From a virus, in the IMG/VR virus record IMGVR_UViG_3300045988_108325, positions 1-36,581 of that record: 36,581 nucleotides of DNA; one strand, written 5' to 3'. Position numbers and translations under genes: made by a program. The notes below the pieces were generated by a model. It was not told the origin of the DNA. It did no database searches and was given only the letters and a program-made list of their open reading frames with translations. This document shows positions 24,773 to 35,130 of the stretch, one piece after another. Within the stretch, counting starts at the first letter, position 1; the number at the start of each line of letters is the position of its first letter.

Positions 24773-25597
24773 ATGGCAAGAAACTATACAACAAAGTTTG
24801 CGAAAAAAGTCGATGAACGTTTTTACAACGATTCTTTATCAACACCAATCGTAAACAACGATTATGAATTTGTGGGCGCGCAAACAATTAAAGTGATGTC
24901 AGTTAACACTGTACCGTTAAACGACTACCAAACAACAGGCACATCACGTTACGGAACGCCAACAGACTTAGAAAACGAATTACAAGAAATGACGGTTACA
25001 AAAGACCGTTCATTTACGTTTGTTATCGACCGTATGAGTATCGATGATAACGATGGTCAAATGGCTGTTGGGGAAGCGTTGGCACGTCAAATCCGTGAAC
25101 GTGTAATTCCTGAGGTTGACTTATACCGTTATGCTAAAATTGTAGCAGGCGCAGAAGCTGACCACGTTGCTACCGCATCAGTCACTAACAAGAATGCTTA
25201 TAGTTCAGTATTAGATGGACAATTGAAATTACATGACGCAAAAGCACCTCGTTCAGGACGTGTTTTATATGTATCAAGCGAATTCTTCAAACTAATCAAG
25301 CAAGATGATTCATTCATTAAAGCTTCAGATTTAGGGCAAAAGATTCTCTTAAATGGTCAAGTCGGAACAATTGACGGTTTGCCAGTAATTGTGTTGGCAA
25401 AATCAGAAATTCCTGAAAATGTAGCATTCTTCATTGCTCATCCATCAGCAACAGTTGCTCCAATCAAACTTGAAACGTATAAAGTCCATGAGGACGCACC
25501 GGGAATTAGTGGATTCTTGGCAGAGGGTCGTATCCGTTACGATGCTTTCGTACTTAACAACAAAAAAGGTGCAATTTATGTACACAAAACAAAATAA
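24773..25597 (+). CDS. major capsid protein
   Basis: 274 aa. Position and composition fit. RBS ACGAGGAA. Confidence 0.75.
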   Translation: MARNYTTKFAKKVDERFYNDSLSTPIVNNDYEFVGAQTIKVMSVNTVPLNDYQTTGTSRYGTPTDLENELQEMTVTKDRSFTFVIDRMSIDDNDGQMAVGEALARQIRERVIPEVDLYRYAKIVAGAEADHVATASVTNKNAYSSVLDGQLKLHDAKAPRSGRVLYVSSEFFKLIKQDDSFIKASDLGQKILLNGQVGTIDGLPVIVLAKSEIPENVAFFIAHPSATVAPIKLETYKVHEDAPGISGFLAEGRIRYDAFVLNNKKGAIYVHKTK

Positions 25598-25611
25598 AAG
25601 GAGTTTTAATC

Positions 25612-25803
25612 ATGGAATTTGAAAAAGACGGTGTGAAATATACAACAGATAATGAAATTGTTGCCTCAGCATTCTTAAATTCAGGATTCAAACGAACTGA
25701 CGTTGATGAAGAAGAAACGGCAGAAGCAGTAGGAACAGAGGAAACCGCTGAACCAGTTGAAGAAACTGAAAAGGCGACGGAATTTGAAGAGGTTGACGAG
25801 TAA
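25612..25803 (+). CDS. small acidic hypothetical protein, 63 aa
   Basis: Glu-rich tail. RBS AAGGAG. Confidence 0.45.
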   Translation: MEFEKDGVKYTTDNEIVASAFLNSGFKRTDVDEEETAEAVGTEETAEPVEETEKATEFEEVDE

Positions 25804-25829
25804 ACCTCTTAAATTAGGAGGTTGAAAGT

Positions 25830-26222
25830 ATGAAATACTTAACAGAACAAGAATTGTTGGAGTTATCGTCTGAATTGGCGATGACTCCAAATGATGTAAA
25901 AAGTCATGTTTTGCAGGCTGAAAAATTAGTAAACATTTATACTAGACGTTTTTATTATAACAATGATTTTGAAACTGATAACAGATTCAGGAAAGAATCC
26001 GTAAAGGACGCAATCAAGGAACAAGTGCGGTATATCGTTTTTAACAACATTACAATACTAGAAGAAATAAACGACGTTCCTCAATCGTTGACGATTGGAA
26101 GAACGACGATAAACAATTCAAGTAAGTACAATAATTCAGGAAAGAATATTTCCAAACCGATTGCATGTTTAGGATTCATGGACGCATTATCAGCAACAGG
26201 ATTGTTGCATAGGGGCGTGTAG
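25830..26222 (+). CDS. head-tail connector / DNA-packaging family protein (putative)
   Basis: 130 aa. Position after the capsid gene. RBS GGAGGTTG. Confidence 0.55.
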   Translation: MKYLTEQELLELSSELAMTPNDVKSHVLQAEKLVNIYTRRFYYNNDFETDNRFRKESVKDAIKEQVRYIVFNNITILEEINDVPQSLTIGRTTINNSSKYNNSGKNISKPIACLGFMDALSATGLLHRGV

Positions 26223-26223
26223 T

Positions 26224-26586
26224 ATGAAAAATATTAATAGTATTTATAAGTCCTTAAAGCCCACACTAGTTCATAAAGTTAAATATTCAGAGTACATTGA
26301 ACAGGATAGAAATCACAAACCAAAGTACGCTGAAGAGGTTGAGATTGAGTTTGTGCGTGTTGATATAACAAGCACTTACAATCAGACCTCAAGCACCGAA
26401 AATAAAGATATAAAAGCCGTGATGTTTATGTATCGAACGTTAACTAAACCATTCAAACGACTTAAAGAAAAATCAAAAATCACTTACGACGGAAAAACAT
26501 ATAGAATATATAAAGTAGCGGATTGTGCCGAGCCGTATAGTGATAATAAATTTTCTTACGAGGTCGAACTAATAAATGAAGATTGA
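26224..26586 (+). CDS. head closure / head-tail adaptor protein (putative)
   Basis: 120 aa. Position only. Confidence 0.5.
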   Translation: MKNINSIYKSLKPTLVHKVKYSEYIEQDRNHKPKYAEEVEIEFVRVDITSTYNQTSSTENKDIKAVMFMYRTLTKPFKRLKEKSKITYDGKTYRIYKVADCAEPYSDNKFSYEVELINED

Positions 26587-26905
26587 TTTTAAGCTTGAAA
26601 CACGTTCGATTGAAAGAAAGCTAGGCAAAGCGAACCAAAAAAGAGGGCGTATTGCTATGGCAGGGCAAATTCTGACTGACTCTAATCAATATGTACCGAT
26701 GAAAGTTGGGACGTTGAGAGGGTCAGCCCACATCAGCAATTCAGGCGATTCTATTTATTGGAATACTCCTTATGCACGTCGCAGGTATTACGAGGAAAAT
26801 GTTAAATTTTCAACGCCTAACACGGGTGCAAAATGGGATGTAACGGCAAAAGCCAAGCATTTAGACAGTTGGAAACGGGTTTTATGCAAAGGAATGGGGT
26901 TTTAA
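26576..26905 (+). CDS. head-tail joining protein (putative)
   Basis: 109 aa, overlapping start. Position only. Confidence 0.5.
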   Translation: MKIDFKLETRSIERKLGKANQKRGRIAMAGQILTDSNQYVPMKVGTLRGSAHISNSGDSIYWNTPYARRRYYEENVKFSTPNTGAKWDVTAKAKHLDSWKRVLCKGMGF

Positions 26906-26908
26906 ACG

Positions 26909-27307
26909 ATGGATTTACAAGAACGATTGGCAGATTATATCGATAGCTTAAAAGTCGGTATCAATCTATATAACGAGTTTAACAGTGAAGAGAATTCAAT
27001 TTCTCTTTATTCTATTGTGGGCGGTAGGACTATTCAGGAATACATGGACGGCTCAAAAAACAAGGACTTAAATTATGAGTTACAGGTAAAAGTGAGACTA
27101 GATGATAGAGATTTAGGATTCAACGCACTTTCAAAAATATGTAATAAATTAGAGAATTTAAAAGAGTTGAATAGCTTGGATAATTCTTTCAAATTTAAAC
27201 ATATTCGTGTAAGTAGCGACCCTTATTTCATGGAAGCGGGAACGGATAACTATATCTATTACAGATTCACATTTACAGTAAATTTGATTGTAGAGGGGGA
27301 AAATTAA
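26909..27307 (+). CDS. tail completion / tail terminator protein (putative)
   Basis: 132 aa. Position before the major tail gene. Confidence 0.5.
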   Translation: MDLQERLADYIDSLKVGINLYNEFNSEENSISLYSIVGGRTIQEYMDGSKNKDLNYELQVKVRLDDRDLGFNALSKICNKLENLKELNSLDNSFKFKHIRVSSDPYFMEAGTDNYIYYRFTFTVNLIVEGEN

Positions 27308-27769
27308 TTGTCAACAACTATGAAAAACGCTTTACGTAAGCACTTTATCGCAGACTGGGCAAAAGAACACACACAAGCGCCAGCAGACGAGAAATTTTTA
27401 CGTTTAGCTAAAAACATCTCAAGTATTACGGATGATACTGATGAGGAAACAGACGACAAAGCCTTTTATGACGGCGACGGAACAAAAGAAAAGAAAGTCG
27501 TTGGTATTTCTGAGGCGTGGAAAGTAGAGGGGTTACGTGATTATGACGACCCTGCTCAGAACTTGATTGCGTCTAAAAAACGTAAGACAGGCGATGACCG
27601 AAAAGTATGGCACCGTATCATTGACTCGGTAGAAAAAACAGTAACAACTGAGGTTGCTACATTATCAGATATTAAGAGCGGTGGAGGAGACGCAGGCGAT
27701 GATGAAGAATTTGGTTGCACAATCACTTACAACAAAATTGCTAAAGAAACTCCTTTTGTTAAAGGTTAG
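27308..27769 (+). CDS. major tail protein
   Basis: 153 aa. TTG start with RBS GAGGGGGA. It is followed by a strong terminator, which is typical of a highly expressed tail-tube gene. Confidence 0.65.
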   Translation: MSTTMKNALRKHFIADWAKEHTQAPADEKFLRLAKNISSITDDTDEETDDKAFYDGDGTKEKKVVGISEAWKVEGLRDYDDPAQNLIASKKRKTGDDRKVWHRIIDSVEKTVTTEVATLSDIKSGGGDAGDDEEFGCTITYNKIAKETPFVKG

Positions 27770-27784
27770 ATAATCATAACTTGC

Positions 27785-27811
27785 GAGGGGCTTAGTTGCC
27801 CCTCTTTTTTT
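27785..27811 (+). terminator. rho-independent terminator after the major tail gene
   Basis: Stem GAGGGGC / GCCCCTC, loop TTAGTT, then TTTTTTT. Confidence 0.8.
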
Positions 27812-27837
27812 ATAAAAATAAGAAAGAGGTAAATAAT

Positions 27838-28275
27838 ATGAGTATTGATATTCAAATTAAAAAATCAGGATTCCCAATCAACGTTGGAGGTCATGAACTA
27901 TGGTTCGATTTACGAGCTGAAAAATTAAAAGAATATGCTGAATTAGAGCAGGAAGTAAATAAACGTTTACAAGAAATCCATAAAGAAATCATGGAAAAAT
28001 CTATTATTGACGGCGATAAAGTCGACTTTGATAATTTTGATGGTGCTATTGAATTGACTAAAGAAGGCACAAAACTAAACTATGATTTAATTTTTGGAGA
28101 TGGAACATTTGACAAACTTTACAATGATTTTCCAGATATTCAAGCCTTAGCAGAGGCGTGGCTTCAAGTTCAGGCTTGCATTGAGGTTAAATTGGAACAA
28201 CTGAAAGAAGAACAAGAAAAAGCAAGCGAACAAAAAGTGCTTGAATTTAAAGCAAAATTTGCTGACAAACAGTAG
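27838..28275 (+). CDS. tail assembly chaperone (gpG-like)
   Basis: 146 aa, acidic. Position upstream of the tape measure gene. RBS AAGAAAGAGG. Confidence 0.6.
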   Translation: MSIDIQIKKSGFPINVGGHELWFDLRAEKLKEYAELEQEVNKRLQEIHKEIMEKSIIDGDKVDFDNFDGAIELTKEGTKLNYDLIFGDGTFDKLYNDFPDIQALAEAWLQVQACIEVKLEQLKEEQEKASEQKVLEFKAKFADKQ

Positions 28276-28290
28276 AAAGAGGAAGTCTAT

Positions 28291-28851
28291 ATGAAATTAA
28301 ACGAACGTTTGCCCAATACGTTTGTTTTCGATAATGATAAGTATTCTATAAACCTTGCATTTGATAGGGTGCTAGACGTTCAGGAAATACAACAAGAGCC
28401 GTTGTTAAACGTTGATACAAAGATTGATTTAATGTTGGAGGCTCTAGAAATAGAGTGCTCAGATAGCAAAAAAATAGAAATCATTGAATACGTCTTATAC
28501 AACGTTATAAACCAACCTGAAAATGAACAAGATATAGAATATGACTTGTTGGGCAATCCTATGATACGACCGATTGAAATCAAGGAGAAAACACTTGATT
28601 TTGAACAAGATTCATCCTTGATTTATAGCGCATTTCGTCAAACATACGGAATAAATTTGTATGAAGAATTTGGTAAAATGCATTGGTATGAATTTATAGC
28701 ACTTTTAGAGGGTTTGCCTGAGGATACGTTGCTATATCAAGTAAGAAGTATCAGACAATGGGAACCGCAAAAAGGCGACAGTAAGGAATATAAGCGTAAA
28801 ATGCGCAAATTGAAAGAGCAATACAAACTAAAATTAAGAAAGGAGGAATAA
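28291..28851 (+). CDS. second tail assembly chaperone (gpT-like), encoded as a separate ORF with its own RBS
   Basis: 186 aa. RBS GAAAGAGGAAG. There is no overlap or slippery site with the upstream chaperone. Confidence 0.55.
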   Translation: MKLNERLPNTFVFDNDKYSINLAFDRVLDVQEIQQEPLLNVDTKIDLMLEALEIECSDSKKIEIIEYVLYNVINQPENEQDIEYDLLGNPMIRPIEIKEKTLDFEQDSSLIYSAFRQTYGINLYEEFGKMHWYEFIALLEGLPEDTLLYQVRSIRQWEPQKGDSKEYKRKMRKLKEQYKLKLRKEE

Positions 28852-28854
28852 TAT

Positions 28855-31800
28855 TTGTCTGATGGAAAATTAGAAATAAAAGTCGTCGTTGATGGCTTGG
28901 ATATGGATAAGCTGAACAAAAAATTGAAAGAGTTGAAATCTGAATTGAGCAAGCCTGCTAAAGGGGCAGGATTCGACGAATTTAAAAAAGAATTAGCGGA
29001 TGTAACTGAAAAATCAACAAAGACTAAAACCAAAGTAAAAGATTTAAAAGAAGAGGTCTCGCAACCGACAAAATCCAAAGGTTTAGATAATGTAAAGGAC
29101 GATTTAGCAAAGACGGGTAAAGAAGCCGACACTACCAAAACAAAGGTAAAAGGGCTAAATGACGAGTTACAAAAGCCTATTCCTGATAATACAAATGGAT
29201 TGCCTGACAAATTCAAAAAAACAGGCGATGAAGCGGACAAAGGTAAAAGTAAAGTAAAAGACTTTTTCCTAGCTTTTAGTGCGGTCAGAATTGCAGAAAA
29301 AGCAATCGGCATACTTTCTAGCTCATTAGATGGAGCTATTAAACGTTTTGACACATTAAACAGTTATCCTCGTGTATTAAAACTAATGGGATATAGTACG
29401 GAAGAGGTTGCTAAAAGTACGAAACAACTTTCGGACGGAATCGATGGGCTACCGACCCGACTTGATGAAGTAGTATCAACGGCGAAACAGTTTACCACGA
29501 TTACGAAAGATATTAAGTTTGCAACTAAACTGACAATTGCATTAAACAATGCTTTTCTTGCTAGTGGTTCAAGTAGTGAGGATGCAGCCCGAGGTTTACT
29601 ACAATTTCAACAAATGTTATCTAGTGGAAAACCCGACATGCAGTCATGGAAAACGTTACAAGAAACAATGCCTATTGCGTTGACGAAAACCGCAGAGGCG
29701 TTTGGATTTACTGGTAAAAGCGCAAAAACTCAATTCTATAATGCACTTAAAGAGGGCAAAATCACTTTCGACCAATTTGGGAAGAAACTTATTGAGTTAA
29801 ACAAAGGTGTGGGCGGTTTTGAAGAGTTGGCAAAAGAAAGTTCACGAGGTATCGGAACATCGTTGAAAAACTTAGCAAACTCTAGTGTAAAAGGTCTTGC
29901 AAGCATGATACAAGCCTTTGACGACCTTTCTAAGGCGGTAACGGGTAAAAACATCGACCAACACATTGACAGCCTTAAAAACCTCATAAACGGCAGTTTT
30001 AATACTATGAACGGCATTATTAGAGGTAGTATACCAACTTTCAAAGAAATTGGGCGTGTGTTTGGAGAAATTTATAGATTTATCCAACCTTTAGAGCCAG
30101 CTTTTGCGGGGCTTTTGGCGTCTATTTTAACATTCAAGAGTGTTAACTTAGTTGTTGATATCCTAGGTAAATTTGGGTTTACCGCTGTAAACTTGAATGG
30201 TATTATTTTAGGACTTACAACTAAAATCATTCAGGCAGGCGGTGTGATTCCTGCTCTAGGCACGGCGATTAGTGGACTAATAGGAACTATTAATACGGTT
30301 ATCAATGCGACAAATGGTTGGACGCTTGCACTAACAACAGTCGTTGGCGGTTTGACTGCTATGTATTTATGGTTAAATCGTGAAAGCGAGGCAAGTAAGA
30401 ACTATAAGGCAGGACTAGAGGAATCTAAAAAAGCAACGGATTCAATGATAACAAGCATTGATGATGTTATTGATAAACAAAAAGAATTGACTGAGGTTTC
30501 CAAGGCTAGTGCGGACGGTAACAGAAAACTTGCGGACGAGATTTTCGCCCTTGCAGGTAAGGAAAATAGAACTGCTGCGGAAACTGTCCTGCTTAAAAAA
30601 CACATTGAAACTCTTAATGGTAATGTTGACGGATTGAACTTAAAATTCGACAAAAACACTAAACTGTTAAGCATGAACAAAGACCAAATTTTGCAACGTA
30701 TCAACGCAGGTTCAGGAAATCAAAAACTTATCGACTTGGAAAAGGCGTTGCAAGATTCGTATGACACAACAGGAAAAGCACAATCAAGATTGCTCGAATT
30801 GAAAGAGAAAATCACTCAAATACAAAATGATGAAAACTTATCCATGAAAGAGGCGTTCGACCTCATAAAGCCGTTAGGCGATGAATACGACAAACTTTCA
30901 GGCAAATTGCCTGAGTTAGAACAAGCTCAAGAAAGTTTAAAGCAAGAAATGGTAAGCGCTAGTCAAGAAATCGCAACAGCCGTAAGCAACGGTGCAAATG
31001 AACAAGTAATCACTTACCAGTCGTTGACACAAAATCAACAACAAGCGGTAGACCAAATGAACTCAAAATACAATGAGTTGAAAGACAGCGCCTCGAATAT
31101 GTTCGACCGTATTCAACAAAAGGCGGTTATCTCTACTCAGGATGTAATTGCGAACATGCAAGCCAATACCGAGGCTGTAAGAGTCATGGGCGATAATATT
31201 CAAGTATTAATGCAACGAGGCGTCGACCAAGGTTTAATTGAGAAATTACGCCAAGCAGGGCCTGAGAGCGCTCAACAAATTCAAGCGTTAGCAAGCTCAA
31301 CCGATGCAGAATTGCAACAATTGAATACTACCTACCAAAATGCAGGGGATACAGCAAAAAAAGCCTTGTTACAATCTCTAAACATTCCCGAAGGCGAATT
31401 AGCGCCACAAATTGAGGGAATGATTACAGCGAGCAAATCGTCCTTGATGTCTGCGGTAGAGTCGGCAGATTTTGGTAGCATTGGTAAAAAGATGACTACT
31501 GACATCGCAGGAAGTATCACGGAAAATGCAACAGCCCCTACCGAGGCAGTTAGTACGGTAGCAACTGACACAAAAACAGCCTTTGATACCGCAATAGGCA
31601 ACTCAATGACTGAGGCAGGCACAAAGATTACAACCGACTTATCAGGCGGTATCAATAGTGGTGCAGGAGAGGTCGGAACTGCTATGGACGGCGTAAAAGG
31701 TAAAGCAGAAGCGGGAATGAATGAGACAGTCTCAGTTGTTCAAGTGAAAGCTAAAGAAATACCAAACAAAATTCGTGATATTTACGGTTCAATGGTTTCA

Positions 31801-32286
31801 AGCGGTCAATACGCTATGAGCGGGCTTTCTAGCGGTATGTCGAACGGTGCAGGTCAAGTTTATGCAATGGCTGAAACAATCGCAAGCAATATTCGTTCAA
31901 AAATTAAAAGTGCATTAGATATTCATTCGCCGTCAAGGGTCATGAGGGATGAGGTCGGAAGATTCATTCCTGAGGGGCTTGCGGTCGGTATTGATAAATA
32001 TTCAAATACAGTTGACAAGCCTATTCAACGAATGAAAGAACGCATTGCAAACTTTGATTTTTCAGCAGATAACCTCATCAATCGAGGAAGAAGAGTTTTT
32101 GAAAATGGTTTGAACGCCTTTTCAAGTAATCAGTATCTACAAATGGAAATTGCGAACGGTGGTTTCACAGTAGAGGTACCAGTCACGGTTGGAGAAAGAG
32201 AGATAGCAAAGGTCATTGCGCCTATTGTTAGAAGCGAAAATAAACGTGTAGAAAGGTTAGAAAGATTTACGAGGGGGGAAAAGTAA
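28855..32286 (+). CDS. tape measure protein
   Basis: 1143 aa. N-terminal coiled-coil repeats, central hydrophobic segments and a C-terminal region. TTG start with RBS AGGAGG. Confidence 0.9.
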   Translation: MSDGKLEIKVVVDGLDMDKLNKKLKELKSELSKPAKGAGFDEFKKELADVTEKSTKTKTKVKDLKEEVSQPTKSKGLDNVKDDLAKTGKEADTTKTKVKGLNDELQKPIPDNTNGLPDKFKKTGDEADKGKSKVKDFFLAFSAVRIAEKAIGILSSSLDGAIKRFDTLNSYPRVLKLMGYSTEEVAKSTKQLSDGIDGLPTRLDEVVSTAKQFTTITKDIKFATKLTIALNNAFLASGSSSEDAARGLLQFQQMLSSGKPDMQSWKTLQETMPIALTKTAEAFGFTGKSAKTQFYNALKEGKITFDQFGKKLIELNKGVGGFEELAKESSRGIGTSLKNLANSSVKGLASMIQAFDDLSKAVTGKNIDQHIDSLKNLINGSFNTMNGIIRGSIPTFKEIGRVFGEIYRFIQPLEPAFAGLLASILTFKSVNLVVDILGKFGFTAVNLNGIILGLTTKIIQAGGVIPALGTAISGLIGTINTVINATNGWTLALTTVVGGLTAMYLWLNRESEASKNYKAGLEESKKATDSMITSIDDVIDKQKELTEVSKASADGNRKLADEIFALAGKENRTAAETVLLKKHIETLNGNVDGLNLKFDKNTKLLSMNKDQILQRINAGSGNQKLIDLEKALQDSYDTTGKAQSRLLELKEKITQIQNDENLSMKEAFDLIKPLGDEYDKLSGKLPELEQAQESLKQEMVSASQEIATAVSNGANEQVITYQSLTQNQQQAVDQMNSKYNELKDSASNMFDRIQQKAVISTQDVIANMQANTEAVRVMGDNIQVLMQRGVDQGLIEKLRQAGPESAQQIQALASSTDAELQQLNTTYQNAGDTAKKALLQSLNIPEGELAPQIEGMITASKSSLMSAVESADFGSIGKKMTTDIAGSITENATAPTEAVSTVATDTKTAFDTAIGNSMTEAGTKITTDLSGGINSGAGEVGTAMDGVKGKAEAGMNETVSVVQVKAKEIPNKIRDIYGSMVSSGQYAMSGLSSGMSNGAGQVYAMAETIASNIRSKIKSALDIHSPSRVMRDEVGRFIPEGLAVGIDKYSNTVDKPIQRMKERIANFDFSADNLINRGRRVFENGLNAFSSNQYLQMEIANGGFTVEVPVTVGEREIAKVIAPIVRSENKRVERLERFTRGEK

Positions 32287-33027
32287 ATGTTTAGCATTCA
32301 GATTGATGGAACTGAAATCGGAAATATTATCAAAGTTACAAACGTGGATAGGGGCGGTTTAGCCCCTATTTCCACCGAATATAGACAATATAGTGCGATT
32401 GATGGTTCAAAATTAATCAATAAGAAGTACACTCATCGTACAATCACGATTGAATATTCAATCTATGATGAAGTGAATACAAAATGGGAATTGATAAAGA
32501 AAATCCTTACTAAAAATGAAGTCTTTAAAGTCGTTTTTGGCGATTATCCTGACCGCTATTTTGAATGTATCTTAGACGGCGATACAACGTTTGAGAAACA
32601 TAGTAAACAATTTGCAAGCGGAACAATCAGCCTTGTAGCACCTCATCCTTTCGCTTATAGTGTTCAAGAGTCAACGGCAGTAAGGGATGGGAATAAATTG
32701 ATTTTCGATAATCAAGGTACATCAAAAGGCTATCCCGTAATTGAATTTGTAGCGGAAAGAGATTACATGATGATTGGATTTTCAGCACCGAAAGACAATT
32801 ACGCCCAATTTGGATACAGTACTAATACCGTGCCGATAATCAAGGTAGAGCAACGGTTTTCGTATGATTCAAAAACGAATAAGGCTTTCGTGGATTCTAA
32901 AAGGATTTATTTAAGTGAGGGCAGGGGTCTTGTTATCAATCCAAACAGAAAAGTAGAGGTTGGTTTAACATTTCCTGATAGTATCAATCAAGTTGTAACT
33001 GGCACGTTAAGGAGTGAGTATATTTGA
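32287..33027 (+). CDS. distal tail protein (Dit)
   Basis: 246 aa directly after the tape measure gene. Confidence 0.7.
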   Translation: MFSIQIDGTEIGNIIKVTNVDRGGLAPISTEYRQYSAIDGSKLINKKYTHRTITIEYSIYDEVNTKWELIKKILTKNEVFKVVFGDYPDRYFECILDGDTTFEKHSKQFASGTISLVAPHPFAYSVQESTAVRDGNKLIFDNQGTSKGYPVIEFVAERDYMMIGFSAPKDNYAQFGYSTNTVPIIKVEQRFSYDSKTNKAFVDSKRIYLSEGRGLVINPNRKVEVGLTFPDSINQVVTGTLRSEYI

Positions 33028-35123
33028 TTACATTTTATTCGAGAGGTTATGAGATAGTTGCTCAGGCTAGTTTCAACCGTGATGGCGGATTGGTAGCGTA
33101 TGACGATGTGTTTCACGACGATTTAAACACGGGAATTTCGACGTTTAAGTTCTCAATAGATAAAACTACCGAGGAAGCCGAAAAAATCGCTCTAGGGCTT
33201 TATATTCGTGTTTTAACGCACGATGATAGGAAGCTATGGTTCGAGATAATGGATATTGATGAAGATAACGGCAGAATGGATATAACCGCCGTTGACGCAG
33301 GAATCGACCTAATAGGGGAAAGTGTTTGGCCTTATGAAGCCGATAAAGCGTATGATATTAGACATTATCTTGAAAGAGATATGTATGATAGTGGATGGCT
33401 CCTTACAATCTCAAACACGATTTTCCAACGTGAAAGAAAGTTAAAATTTGAGGGATTCGAGACGGCTAGTAAACGTATTAGACAAATTGCAAGAGGATTT
33501 GGCGCCGAGATTGAATATGAAATCATTGAGAAAAACGGTAAACCAGTTCAAAAATATGTGAATATCGTTGAAAAAATGGGGAAAGATAAAGAAATACGCT
33601 TGGAATACGGAAGAGAAATATCAAATATTAAAAAGCGCTCAAGTATTCAAAACCTTGCGACCGCCTTACGTGGGCACGGTGCCGAGGGGCTTACCCTAGA
33701 GGGATATTCGTATAATGACGGTCGTTATTGGGTCGGTGGCGATACAATCCACGATTTGAGAGAGGGCGCACGTTGGAGCCGTCATGCGGATGTTGCAAAG
33801 GACGGCGGATATATCGTTTCAACCTATGAAAGTGAAGCAACAACGAAAGAAAGGCTATTTCAGGAAACTTTAGCACAATTAAAGAAACGTGCTTATCCTG
33901 AGGTGGAATATGAGATTGATTTTTCTGAACTACCTGAGGAAGTAAGAAAGGGCGATACGGTCATTATCGTTGATTACGATTTTAAACCCGCTCTTAAATT
34001 GAAAGCTAGGGTTACAGAAATCGAATGCTCGTTATCTAAAGGATTTTATGGCGAGGGTAGGGTAATCGTTTCAAACATCGAAAAAAGAGGAATAAGCGTT
34101 GATGAACAGTTGCGAACTGTTGAAAAATTCTTAAAACAGTCCACTTTTGATTTTAGTAAGGTTCCTGCCGTGGCTCATATCCATTCAGAAAAAGGAACAG
34201 TCTTCAGTAATACGGATAGTGCAAGAACTACACTTGTAGCAAAAGTTACACGTTTCGATATTGATACAACAAGCGAATACACGTTCAAGTGGAAGCGAGT
34301 AAGCGCAAAACCGACTGAAAAGGATGAACAATGGAACGCCGAAAATCGTACAAGCAACCGTATTGAAATCACTAAAGAAGATATCAATGTTCAAGCTGAA
34401 TTCATTTGCGAATTTTACAAAAATGGCGCATTAGAGCTAACAAAAGGTATTGTCTTAAAGGATTTAACTATAAACAAATACAAAGGCGATACAGCCCCTA
34501 AAAATCCACAATCAGGCGATTTTTGGACGGATACCTCAGGACAAAAAGAAGTCTTGAAAGTATACACAAACGGCGAATGGAAGCCTGTAATATCTGATAA
34601 CGCTGATAATATTGATAAATTCAAAAAAGAATGGGAATTGAATAACAGGGAATACGCTGATAAGTTAACGAAAATCATTCAAGAGTTAGAAAGTGTTAAA
34701 GAAGAGGAAAAATACACTCGTGATTTAACAGGTCGTTTTGGAGATTTAGAAAAAGCATATAAACGTATCCTAGAACAAGAAAAGACCATAGAAAAATTGG
34801 GCGAACGACAAAAAGCCTATGAGTTAACGTTGGAACAGTCAAGTGCCATCATTAGTACATTTGGCACATTCTTCAACTTCTCGGATGATGGTTTAGAAAT
34901 CGGTAAAAAGGGCGCAAACATGAAGATGGTGCTTAAAAATGACCGTGTAGAGTTCTTGGACGGTGGTAAACTAACCGCATACATGAGCGGTCAGAAAATG
35001 TTTATCGTATCAGGGGCGTTTTGGCAATCAATCAACATCGGAAATCATACTTTTGAGAAATTTGGCGATGAGTATACAATCGTTTCTTATTCAGGTTCAA
35101 GCGCTATGGAACTAGGGAGGTAG
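33024..35123 (+). CDS. tail-associated lysin / tail endopeptidase (Tal)
   Basis: 699 aa after Dit. The N-terminal region is conserved with siphovirus Tal / prophage tail endopeptidases. Confidence 0.7.
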   Translation: MITFYSRGYEIVAQASFNRDGGLVAYDDVFHDDLNTGISTFKFSIDKTTEEAEKIALGLYIRVLTHDDRKLWFEIMDIDEDNGRMDITAVDAGIDLIGESVWPYEADKAYDIRHYLERDMYDSGWLLTISNTIFQRERKLKFEGFETASKRIRQIARGFGAEIEYEIIEKNGKPVQKYVNIVEKMGKDKEIRLEYGREISNIKKRSSIQNLATALRGHGAEGLTLEGYSYNDGRYWVGGDTIHDLREGARWSRHADVAKDGGYIVSTYESEATTKERLFQETLAQLKKRAYPEVEYEIDFSELPEEVRKGDTVIIVDYDFKPALKLKARVTEIECSLSKGFYGEGRVIVSNIEKRGISVDEQLRTVEKFLKQSTFDFSKVPAVAHIHSEKGTVFSNTDSARTTLVAKVTRFDIDTTSEYTFKWKRVSAKPTEKDEQWNAENRTSNRIEITKEDINVQAEFICEFYKNGALELTKGIVLKDLTINKYKGDTAPKNPQSGDFWTDTSGQKEVLKVYTNGEWKPVISDNADNIDKFKKEWELNNREYADKLTKIIQELESVKEEEKYTRDLTGRFGDLEKAYKRILEQEKTIEKLGERQKAYELTLEQSSAIISTFGTFFNFSDDGLEIGKKGANMKMVLKNDRVEFLDGGKLTAYMSGQKMFIVSGAFWQSINIGNHTFEKFGDEYTIVSYSGSSAMELGR

Positions 35124-35130
35124 CTAAACA

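Noticed and set aside
27838-28851. Programmed -1 frameshift joining the two tail-chaperone ORFs (gpG/gpGT-style)
   Set aside because: The ORFs do not overlap. The second has its own strong RBS and ATG 15 nt after the first stop, and no slippery heptamer is evident near the end of the first ORF.
247-34678. All minus-strand ORFs in the six-frame track (e.g. 247-474, 5985-6428, 14190-14591, 28737-29354, 31332-31655)
   Set aside because: Every one lies entirely inside a well-supported plus-strand gene, lacks an RBS, and has a low-complexity composition typical of antisense frames of AT-rich coding DNA. No minus-strand gene is supported.
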